In this document: piece by piece, positions 49,722 to 57,552 of the stretch
Layout: each line of letters opens with the position of its first letter
Numbering within the stretch: the stretch's first letter is position 1
From: an uncultured Candidatus Saccharibacteria bacterium
GTDB taxonomy: Bacteria; Patescibacteriota; Doudnabacteria; UBA920
DNA: 64,000 nt
Assembly (NCBI GenBank): GCA_964612745.1
Contig: CAZTCH010000007.1
Span: forward strand, 1,327 to 65,326
Direction of reading: 5' to 3'
Notes under the pieces: generated by a model
Database searches by the model: none
Told to the model about the DNA's origin: nothing
What the model saw: the letters and a program-made list of their open reading frames with translations, nothing else
Program-made: the position numbers and the translations under genes

Positions 49722-50996
49722 ATGTCAGACGAACCAGTACAAGCAGTTAATACTGCACAACAAAATATTGACGAAGTAAAAGCAAACAAGGCCCAGAGTA
49801 TGGAAGACTTGCTTTCCACCGGAGCTGAAATCCGCGTGTTGAAAGTTGGCGATATGGTAGAGGGCACATTGCTTTCTGTTGGTAAAAATGAAGTTTACAT
49901 TGACATCGAAGGTATTGGCATTGGCGTTGTCCGTGGTCGTGAATTGTACGATGACCAAGCAACCCTCGCTTCTTTGAAGGTAGGGGATACCATTTTGGCA
50001 TCTGTTGTTGAATCGGAAAACAAAGATGGCAACATCGAGCTTTCCCTCAGACAAGCAGGGCACGAACGAGTATGGCAAGCACTCAAGGCTAAGATGGAAA
50101 GCGCAGAAATTGTGAGCACGAAGATTCTTGGTGCAAACAAAGGTGGTCTTATGGTAGAAATCAATGGCGTACTCGGGTTCTTGCCTGTGTCCCAGTTGAA
50201 CTTAGAACACTACCCACGCGTAGAAGATGGTGACAAACAGAAGATTCTTTCCGCTTTACAAAGCTATGTTGGTCAATTGTTTGCAGTGCAAATCATTACT
50301 GCTGATCCAGAAGAAGAGAAGTTGATTGTGAGCGAAAAAGCTGTGTTTGAAAAAGAAACAGAAGGTCGCTTGGCTCAACTCAAGATGAACGACGTTATTA
50401 CCGGTATGGTAACTGGTGTTGTTGACTTCGGTATCTTTGTGAAGTTTGGTGATTTGGAAGGGTTGGCACATATCTCTGAGCTTGCTTGGCAGCGCGTAGA
50501 AAATCCAAAGGATTTGTTCCGTGTCGGTCAGGAAGTGCAAGCAAAGATTATTGCTATAGACAAAGGACGTGTTTCTTTGTCCATCAAGCAATTGCAGCCA
50601 GATCCATGGCTCGAAGCTGTGAAGCAGTACAAGATAGGGCAAGTTGTAGAGGGTAAGGTCACAAAAATCATGCCATTTGGTGTGTTTGTAGAACTCTCTC
50701 CACAAATCCAAGGTTTGGCTCATTTGGCAGAATTGTCACATGACGCAATCAAGGACCCAGAATCTGTACTTAAGGTTGGTGAAATGAAGGCTTTCAAGAT
50801 TATCTCTATTGAGCCAGCAGATCACCGCTTAGGTCTTTCTTTGAAGGCTATGGAAGAAAAGCCAGCAAAGGCAGAAGTAAAAGCAGAAGAAGTCTCCTCC
50901 TCCGCTTCCGACGCTGCTGAAGCTATGTCGGACGAGAAAGCTACGGCGGACCTTCGGGAGGAAAAGACTGAAGAGTCTGCTCCTATCGCTGAATAA
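49722..50996 (+). CDS. rpsA: 30S ribosomal protein S1 (4 S1 domains)
   Basis: Repeated S1 motifs (GFLPVSQL, FGIFV..EGLAHISEL, FGVFV..GLAHLAEL). Confidence 0.93.
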   Translation: MSDEPVQAVNTAQQNIDEVKANKAQSMEDLLSTGAEIRVLKVGDMVEGTLLSVGKNEVYIDIEGIGIGVVRGRELYDDQATLASLKVGDTILASVVESENKDGNIELSLRQAGHERVWQALKAKMESAEIVSTKILGANKGGLMVEINGVLGFLPVSQLNLEHYPRVEDGDKQKILSALQSYVGQLFAVQIITADPEEEKLIVSEKAVFEKETEGRLAQLKMNDVITGMVTGVVDFGIFVKFGDLEGLAHISELAWQRVENPKDLFRVGQEVQAKIIAIDKGRVSLSIKQLQPDPWLEAVKQYKIGQVVEGKVTKIMPFGVFVELSPQIQGLAHLAELSHDAIKDPESVLKVGEMKAFKIISIEPADHRLGLSLKAMEEKPAKAEVKAEEVSSSASDAAEAMSDEKATADLREEKTEESAPIAE

Positions 50997-51109
50997 ATCA
51001 GACTAAAAAAGAGCCAACATGGCTCTTTTTTAGCGAAAAAATAAAGAGCCGGGCTAGTTGGATAATATCCTTCTAGTCCGGCTCTGAGTCGTTTCGCGTG
51101 AAGCAGTCT

Positions 51110-52276
51110 TTATGCAGCGGCGGATGCCGCTGCTGTGTCAGGTGGTGAGGGAGGTAGTTCCGCCACCGGTTTTGCTTCGAGCAGAATGCGTTCTGCTGGC
51201 TTTGGCGCGTCCGGGAGGACAAGCACTCCCGGCGTGACCGTCACCCGGAAGTCCCCGCGGGTAAAGACAATCCCGTCCGCGCTCCGGTTAATAGCCACAT
51301 CTTGCCCCATGTTATCAACACGCAACATTTTAGTGCCGGTTTGCACCGTTGCTGAATTTGCGTCGAAGTGGACGGTTAATCGGCTGGGGTGGTCGTCGGT
51401 CGCTGCCTGTGTGATGGCCGGGGTTTCTGCCTGAATGGTGGGCGGTAGTGCGGTGCGGTGGGTTGGTGCATCGTCTTTGGTCCAGCTCACAGGCAACTCA
51501 ACGGCTGCACCGACGCGATTCGGGGTAAAGACAAAGTCTTGCCCCGGAACTACGTCTGGTCTACCGTAGCGAACTGGGTTAGCGCATCCTTGAAGCGAGT
51601 AGGCCCGTTGTTCACCCTCGTGACCGTCAGCCGTATAAACACATTCGAAGCATGCGCGCTCACGGAGATATTGCGGCCGGTCATGGTCCGCATATCCCAC
51701 GTTCGCCCAGCCTGTCGCCGTGCCAGCACTGATACTCATCACCTGTATACCGTTAACCGGCAGGCCGAAGTCATGTGCGGCTTGCGCCCGCATGACCTCT
51801 GGAGCGGTGTCGTTGTTAATACCGCCACGGATAACCGCGGGGCCCGCCTGTTCGGGACGAAGCCATTTACGGTGCGCTAAGTAGCCCAGCAGGCCGATCA
51901 ATATTAATATCCCGAACAATACCCGCAGCCAGGTGTAGCTTTCGGTGGGTGGAGGTGGGGGCGGCGGTGCGATGCCGAGTTGGGCGAGGTTCGCGACCTG
52001 CGGCAGAATGCCTGCTGCTTCAAGACCAGCGAGTTGTTCGCCGGGTTTGATCAGCACGACCGTTTTGCCGTCGCTCGCCTTGAACACTCGGCCCGCCTCT
52101 TGCAGGAATGGGTTTGCGGCGACAACCTTTTGCCATTGTGTGGGGTTGTCCAGCTTCACGCCGGACAATTCCCATACGGTGTCATTGGGTTGGACTGTGT
52201 AGAGCGGTTGCGGGTTTTGCGCGAAGACTGCGAAAGTCAGCGCGCAGAGAATTGCGATTGTGAAAGTTTGCTTCAC
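51110..52276 (-). CDS. LysM-like domain membrane protein, visibly GC-richer than its neighbours
   Basis: SD AAAGGAGG, signal VFA-Q, YTVQPNDTVWELS..W..V..ANP, poly-Pro linker, TM, unknown C-terminal domain. Confidence 0.75.
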   Translation of the reverse strand: MKQTFTIAILCALTFAVFAQNPQPLYTVQPNDTVWELSGVKLDNPTQWQKVVAANPFLQEAGRVFKASDGKTVVLIKPGEQLAGLEAAGILPQVANLAQLGIAPPPPPPPTESYTWLRVLFGILILIGLLGYLAHRKWLRPEQAGPAVIRGGINNDTAPEVMRAQAAHDFGLPVNGIQVMSISAGTATGWANVGYADHDRPQYLRERACFECVYTADGHEGEQRAYSLQGCANPVRYGRPDVVPGQDFVFTPNRVGAAVELPVSWTKDDAPTHRTALPPTIQAETPAITQAATDDHPSRLTVHFDANSATVQTGTKMLRVDNMGQDVAINRSADGIVFTRGDFRVTVTPGVLVLPDAPKPAERILLEAKPVAELPPSPPDTAAASAAA

Positions 52277-52643
52277 GATTTGCCTCCTTTAAAGCAATGT
52301 GAAAGAGTTGGTTACGCTCTCAGGTACCGCCTCCGTAAATTGAGGCACTGAAAGCACTTGAAATTCGGCCGTGCGAGTCAGATTACCCGCTGCCGAGTAT
52401 GGGGTGAATTCCGCATGGAACCCACAGTTATAGGGCAAATAAGATTTGCCATACTTATTGGGTTTCACTAGTGATAATTCAGAGTATAATATATTTGACT
52501 GTATGTCAATAATATTGCATAGTAATTTTACTTTACCGCATAAACATGGTAACTATTGTGAATTTAGGTTTTTGGACGTAATATTTGCTCTGTTAAGGCA
52601 GTGTTTGATAATATTTACAGTATAGATTGTTACCACCAATTGT

Positions 52644-53360
52644 ATGGGGATTAAATACAAGGTCAATGCTAATTTTTTTGAGAAGTGGACTCCTGAAATG
52701 GCCTATCTTCTAGGATATCTGTACGCCGATGGTAGCTTGGAGGATGCTTCTTACTTACGCGGTAAGTATCTGAGGTTGACTAGTACTGATTTTGAATTGG
52801 TGGACTTCACGAAAAAGGTTCTGGGTTCAGAGCATACTATTGTTACTATCCCTCCGAAGTCTAAGTTAGAAAAGACCAGATATTTTTTGCGGATTGGCAA
52901 CCATAAAATATTTGATGACCTGATTGGTTTGGGTCTGCATCCTAAGAAATCATTGACGATGAAATTCCCTCAAGTCCCTCAACGGTTTTTATCACATTTC
53001 GTTCGTGGTTATTTTGATGGAGATGGACATGTCGGGATAGTGAAAAGCGGGAATTCATTCAGGCGGGTGACTATAGTTTTTGTAAGTGGTAGTTTAGATT
53101 TTCTGATAGGTGTTGCAAATTGTTTGGAACAGAATTTGGGGTTACGGATAAATAAAGTTTACAAACGTCCTGGTGTATACCGTTTGGCCTATTCCACGCA
53201 TGACAGTATCAAGGTATTTAAATACATGTACGCGGATGCAAATGGTGTATTTTTAAGAAGAAAATTTGGGGTGTTCAAAAAGTTTTTTAATGATTATAAT
53301 AAGTGGGTAGATTCAGAAATCCAGGGGATTTTAAGCGTAAATGGTCGTGTGGTGAAGTAG
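52644..53360 (+). CDS. Free-standing double-motif LAGLIDADG homing-endonuclease-like protein
   Basis: AYLLGYLYADGS and FVRGYFDGDGH motifs; stop codon lies inside tRNA-Cys. Confidence 0.85.
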   Translation: MGIKYKVNANFFEKWTPEMAYLLGYLYADGSLEDASYLRGKYLRLTSTDFELVDFTKKVLGSEHTIVTIPPKSKLEKTRYFLRIGNHKIFDDLIGLGLHPKKSLTMKFPQVPQRFLSHFVRGYFDGDGHVGIVKSGNSFRRVTIVFVSGSLDFLIGVANCLEQNLGLRINKVYKRPGVYRLAYSTHDSIKVFKYMYADANGVFLRRKFGVFKKFFNDYNKWVDSEIQGILSVNGRVVK

Positions 53361-53419
53361 TCTAACACGGCGGTCTGCAAAACCGCTATTCATGGGTGCG
53401 AATCCCATCACGACCTCCA
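53343..53419 (+). tRNA. tRNA-Cys(GCA)
   Basis: GGTCGTG/CACGACC acceptor, GCGGT-CT GCA AA-ACCGC, CCA. Confidence 0.92.
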
Positions 53420-53424
53420 TTGTA

Positions 53425-53509
53425 GCCCGAGTGGTGGAACTGGTATACACGCGACACTTAAAATGTTGTGCCGAAAGGATTGAGGGTTCGAGTCCCTCCT
53501 CGGGCACCA
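53425..53509 (+). tRNA. tRNA-Leu(UAA)
   Basis: GCCCGAG/CTCGGGC, CGACA-CT TAA AA-TGTTG, variable arm, CCA. Confidence 0.93.
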
Positions 53510-53598
53510 CATAAAAAACACCGACATAAGCCGGTGTTTTTATGTGCTCCTCATTGTTTGCATACAAAACAAAACCCCCTCAAGGGAGGGGGTAAAAT

Positions 53599-54234
53599 TT
53601 ATTTTGCTAAAGCCAACTCTTGGTGAGCAGGTTTAATTGCGTATTTCTGGTTAACAGTTTCTTGTATAGCTGCCATTTCACGTTCTACTTTTTCACAACC
53701 ACGTAGCCAGTTAGCTGACCCTGGTACAACGTACACACCCATCTTTTTCTTACAGGTATTGTACTTATTTTTGTACAATGGTTTGTCGAGTAGTTTGGTT
53801 ACGGCTTGAAAGCCTTGAAAATGGTTTTCAAACTTTCTCCATTGTGAATGCCCAGGCTTTACACCAACGCTACCACAGTTAAGGTTTGCAGCGCGAGCAC
53901 AAAAGTTGCTTTCCACAAAGGTAATACCGAGTGCTTGTTCCCAATTTGGCTCCAGAATAATCTGGTCTGCGTATGGGGCAAGTGGAGACTTTTTGGACTC
54001 CAAGTATTTTTGCACAGCTTCTGCGAGTTCCGCATTAGCCAAATCTTGCACATTAAGGCTCTGTTTCTGAGTGATTAAGCTTAGTGCACTTGGTTTCATC
54101 TCAAACACAAGGCTCTGAGTGTTCTCGTTTATAGTCTGTGCGGCACCACTATGTGGGTAGACTAAGCTTACTAATGTAATGAGTAATCCTACGGCTGATA
54201 ATTGAATATTTGTATAAGTAAGGGGAGCTTTCAT
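53599..54234 (-). CDS. Secreted lysozyme-like/glucosaminidase-like protein
   Basis: N-terminal TM; YLESKKSPLAPYAD..ALGITFVESNF..NCGS pattern; SD AGAAAGGAG. Confidence 0.55.
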   Translation of the reverse strand: MKAPLTYTNIQLSAVGLLITLVSLVYPHSGAAQTINENTQSLVFEMKPSALSLITQKQSLNVQDLANAELAEAVQKYLESKKSPLAPYADQIILEPNWEQALGITFVESNFCARAANLNCGSVGVKPGHSQWRKFENHFQGFQAVTKLLDKPLYKNKYNTCKKKMGVYVVPGSANWLRGCEKVEREMAAIQETVNQKYAIKPAHQELALAK

Positions 54235-54762
54235 TGTTCAAACTCCTTTCTACAATCGATCGCGTTTGTCTGAAAACAGATGTGGGCGATTCGAGAATTA
54301 TAAGGTCTGGCAACTGTCACAACATATAGAACTTGCCAAACAAAAAAGCGCCACAAGGCACTTCTTATGGACCTAGTATGCCAAATATGGGCCGATTAGT
54401 CAATACTTAAAAGTTAAAATAAGCTTTATTTAAGAGGATATTTGTTTTTTACCTCTCAGAATAGGCGTAAATACCCTGTCAATACCACACTCTATTTGAC
54501 TTTTCATATCTATTTGGCACTGATATGCAGGGTTTTAAAATTTAGCTTTAATTGTAAGGGTTTTATTGGTGGCGTGGGTAACCCTGACACGAAACAGTCG
54601 GGATGTCGAAGACTCCAGGGGAACCCAACTTCGCCAAGGCTACGTCGGGCTCAGTCGAACCCAAAAGTTCCTTCATTCATTCTTTCTCTTTCAAAAACAA
54701 AAGACACCCACTAAAGTGAGTGTCTTTTGTTTGGAGCTCCATAATACGAGATGTCAGAACTG

Positions 54763-55182
54763 CTATCTGTGCAATAGATCATAGATAACTCTATCTTCAG
54801 TGTAGATAATATTGATAAATGGGGGTTTGAACTTTTTTAATGCTTCGAACGTATGATTACCATCGAGTAAGTAATAATTGCTATCAAATTTCTCACACAG
54901 TAAAACTATTTGTTCAGCCATAAATTCTTCAATGATGATTTTATCAGTAGTATCTTGAAATTTCACTACTGATTCATGATTGAGCATTTCTGGCTCAGGA
55001 CCTACGGTTCGTATAATCAATTCTGGGTTAACTTTTTCTGGACCTTTTATATTATCTTTTCGGCTTTGAATATACTTTAAAAGATTCGTATTATTAGCTT
55101 CTAAATGTTTAAAAGTATCAACTAACCATTGAGAGTAGTTTCCAACATTTTTAGCTTCCTCAATTTGTTTAACTGTTAACAT
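54763..55182 (-). CDS. Small AT-rich protein with ParB/sulfiredoxin-like motif
   Basis: YYLLDGNHTFEAL; leaderless start 6 nt after TGTTATACT. Confidence 0.6.
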   Translation of the reverse strand: MLTVKQIEEAKNVGNYSQWLVDTFKHLEANNTNLLKYIQSRKDNIKGPEKVNPELIIRTVGPEPEMLNHESVVKFQDTTDKIIIEEFMAEQIVLLCEKFDSNYYLLDGNHTFEALKKFKPPFINIIYTEDRVIYDLLHR

Positions 55183-55338
55183 GATTTCAGTATAACAAAA
55201 AATTCCCTTTAGGGAGAGTTTAATGCTGGAGCGGGTAACCCCGACGCGAAACGGTCGGGATGTCGGGGACTCCAGGGGAAGACCGCACTACATCTCATAA
55301 ACATATAGACCTCACCGTAAAGGTGAGGTCTATATGTT

Positions 55339-55499
55339 TGGAGCGGGTAAGGGGAATCGACCCGCCCACGGCTATACTTATCTTCTTTCAGTCGATTCGT
55401 ATCACGCCTAACGCGGGCCCGCCACTTGTATTGCTCCAAGTATTCACAATACATCCCGATGCGACATCGGGACCGTTCCCGTTCGATTCTACCCTTCCC
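55339..55499 (-). repeat. tRNA-3'-associated structured element (Gly copy) ending in a duplicated tRNA-Gly 3' end
   Basis: Shares the GAATACTTGGA loop, GGCGGG..CGCGTTAGG and TAGCCGTGGG with the Leu array; ends TCGATTCCCCTTACCCGCTCCA. Confidence 0.85.
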
Positions 55500-55540
55500 T
55501 ACAAAACAAAAAATACCTACAAATGTAGATATTTTTTGTT

Positions 55541-55614
55541 TGGAGCGGGTAAGGGGAATCGAACCCCTATCCCCTCCTTGGCAAGGAGGAGTTCTACCAT
55601 TGAACCATACCCGC
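55541..55614 (-). tRNA. tRNA-Gly(GCC)
   Basis: GCGGGTA/TACCCGC, CCTCC-TT GCC AA-GGAGG, CCA. Confidence 0.93.
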
Positions 55615-55784
55615 TCGTCGCAATCTATTCCAAGCTTCAAGTTTTGCCTGAAGGCAAAAGCTTCCCACTTTCCATAGTTGCTCCTCTAACTTTTACGCTT
55701 AACCTCACAAAGCTTCGGCCCAAGTGTAAAAGTTTTAAAATACAAATTCTTGTGGCGTAAGCCAGACGAAGCTTTAGCGTAGTC

Positions 55785-55859
55785 TGGTGCCTCGGCTCAG
55801 AATCGAACTGAGTACGCAAGCCTCTTCAGGGCTTCGCTCTACCAATGAGCTACCGAGGC
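55785..55859 (-). tRNA. tRNA-Phe(GAA)
   Basis: GCCTCGG/CCGAGGC, AAGCC-CT GAA GA-GGCTT, CCA. Confidence 0.92.
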
Positions 55860-55988
55860 TGATTTAGTTTATCAAGTTTCTAAAGTTATAAAGTTCGTAA
55901 AGTATTGGATTTGCTTTATAAACTTTATGGACTTTACAAACTTTTACGCTATTCTGTGGCGTAAGCCAGACGAAGCCTTGGCGAAGGC

Positions 55989-56064
55989 TGGTGGACGGTA
56001 CAGGACTCGAACCTGTGACATCTTCGGTGTAAACGAAGCGCTCTACCAACTGAGCTAACCGTCC
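55989..56064 (-). tRNA. tRNA-Val(UAC)
   Basis: GGACGGT/ACCGTCC, CTTCG-TT TAC AC-CGAAG, CCA. Confidence 0.93.
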
Positions 56065-56407
56065 CTACTTCACTTCCGACTTCGCTAAAGCTATGTCGGA
56101 CAAGAAAGTTACGTAGGGCGAGCCCTACAATTACAGACCTTAGTTTGTGAAATTCTTGTCCACCATAGCCTTGGCGACGGTAGAAGCTAACCGTCCTTAT
56201 GTAACCAATTACCTAACTAGGTTTTTTGTGTCGACTCTTGGCCTAAATGATTGGTTTTGTGCAGTATAGTAGTCGTTTTCGCGAGTACGCCGTTACAGGT
56301 GTTGCCACTGCGATTCGCTGTGGTAATATACCAAACCTAAAGCTATTTTGCAAGCCGTAACTTGATTTATACTGCCAATATTCGTTATAATAGCTGGGTA
56401 CTTATGT

Positions 56408-56494
56408 GCCCAGGTGGCGGAACTGGTATACGCACTACCTTGAGGTGGTAGCGGGAGCAATCCCGTGGAGGTTCGAGTCCTCTCCTGGGCACCA
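56408..56494 (+). tRNA. tRNA-Leu(GAG)
   Basis: GCCCAGG/CCTGGGC, CTACC-TT GAG GT-GGTAG, long variable arm, CCA. Confidence 0.93.
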
Positions 56495-56539
56495 AAAAAA
56501 TACTCACTGTTTCAGTGGGTATTTTTTTGGTATAGCAGT

Positions 56540-57157
56540 AGAGGACGAGAAAAGAGCGGTCCCGCCACCAGCGGGACTGCACTGCGAATACTTGCAGCAG
56601 TGCAGAGCGGCGGGGTCGCGTTAGGTGAGATTTGATCCCGCCTTGGCGGGAGAAAATCCACCGTGGGTGACCGAGTCCTCTTGAGCTTTTTGGGAGGACG
56701 AGAAAAGAGCGGCTTTGGGGCCTTGCCCAAAGATTTCATGCGAATACTTGGAGCATGAAATAGCGGCGGGGTCGCGTTAGGCGTCATGCGATGCGCCATG
56801 AGCCTGTCGAATGGAAGCAGAGCATAGCCGTGGGCGACCGAGTCCTCTTGTGCTTTCTGACAGGACGAGAAGAAGAACGTTCCTGGCTTTGCAGGAATAC
56901 TTTGCGAATGCTTGGAGCAAAGTATAGTGGCAGGGGTCGCTGTAGCGTCATGCGACGAGCCCGCTTCGGGTAAGGAGCATAGCGGGAAGTGACCGAGTCC
57001 TCTTTTTTAAGTATGACGAGACGAGGATGGTTCAGTGTTAGGCGTCATGCGATGCGCCATGAGCCTGTCGAATGGGTAAGGAGCATAGCGGGGTGACACG
57101 CTTAGCGTGCCAATGCCCGCGCTAAGCGCGGGTGACCGAATCCTCTCCTGGGCACCA
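56540..57157 (+). repeat. Tandem array of four ~140-155 nt structured units downstream of tRNA-Leu
   Basis: Units at about 56540-56681, 56693-56848, 56861-57003 and 57014-57157, each (AG)GACGAGA...GACCGARTCCTCT; the last ends in the tRNA-Leu 3' end TCCTCTCCTGGGCACCA. Confidence 0.9.
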
Positions 57158-57185
57158 AAAAATAACACCCATCTTTCGATGGGCG

Positions 57186-57548
57186 TTATTTTTCTTCATC
57201 TTTTTGGATTTTATCTATTACCTCTGAGATGTGCTGTGCATATTCTGGGGCGGTATCGATAACAAATTTTAGACGGGGTATGACCTTCATGGGGAGACTT
57301 TGGTTCAAGTCACCTTGAATGTCGTATATATTCTTCTCTAGGAGAGCTAGTACTTTTTCTGCAGGTGCTTTCCCTAGTACAGAGATCCACACTTTTGCAT
57401 GCTTTAAGTCCCCACTTACAGCTACTTGCGTGACCGTAGTCAGAGCAGCTATGCCATCTGTGTACCGAGGGAGTATTGGTCCGAGTAGCTCCTGAATGAG
57501 ACTGTTTAACTTTTCCACCCTCAGTTTTGGCCCTTGTTTCTTTTCCAT
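57186..57548 (-). CDS. rbfA: Ribosome-binding factor A
   Basis: TVTQVAVSGDLKHAKVWIS, IPRLKFVID; downstream of infB. Confidence 0.92.
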   Translation of the reverse strand: MEKKQGPKLRVEKLNSLIQELLGPILPRYTDGIAALTTVTQVAVSGDLKHAKVWISVLGKAPAEKVLALLEKNIYDIQGDLNQSLPMKVIPRLKFVIDTAPEYAQHISEVIDKIQKDEEK

Positions 57549-57552
57549 AATG

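Noticed and set aside
52395-52440. c-di-AMP (ydaO) riboswitch suggested by GGGGTGAAT
   Set aside because: The motif is on the strand opposite the LysM gene, and the other conserved ydaO blocks are not visible.
55209-56973. ORFs overlapping the tRNA cluster
   Set aside because: They read through tRNA genes and structured repeats; shared peptides such as CEYL just reflect the repeated DNA motif.
56540-57157. CRISPR array
   Set aside because: Units are ~145 nt, with several conserved blocks interleaved with self-complementary variable stems, not identical 25-45 nt repeats with unique spacers; no cas1 or effector gene in the window.
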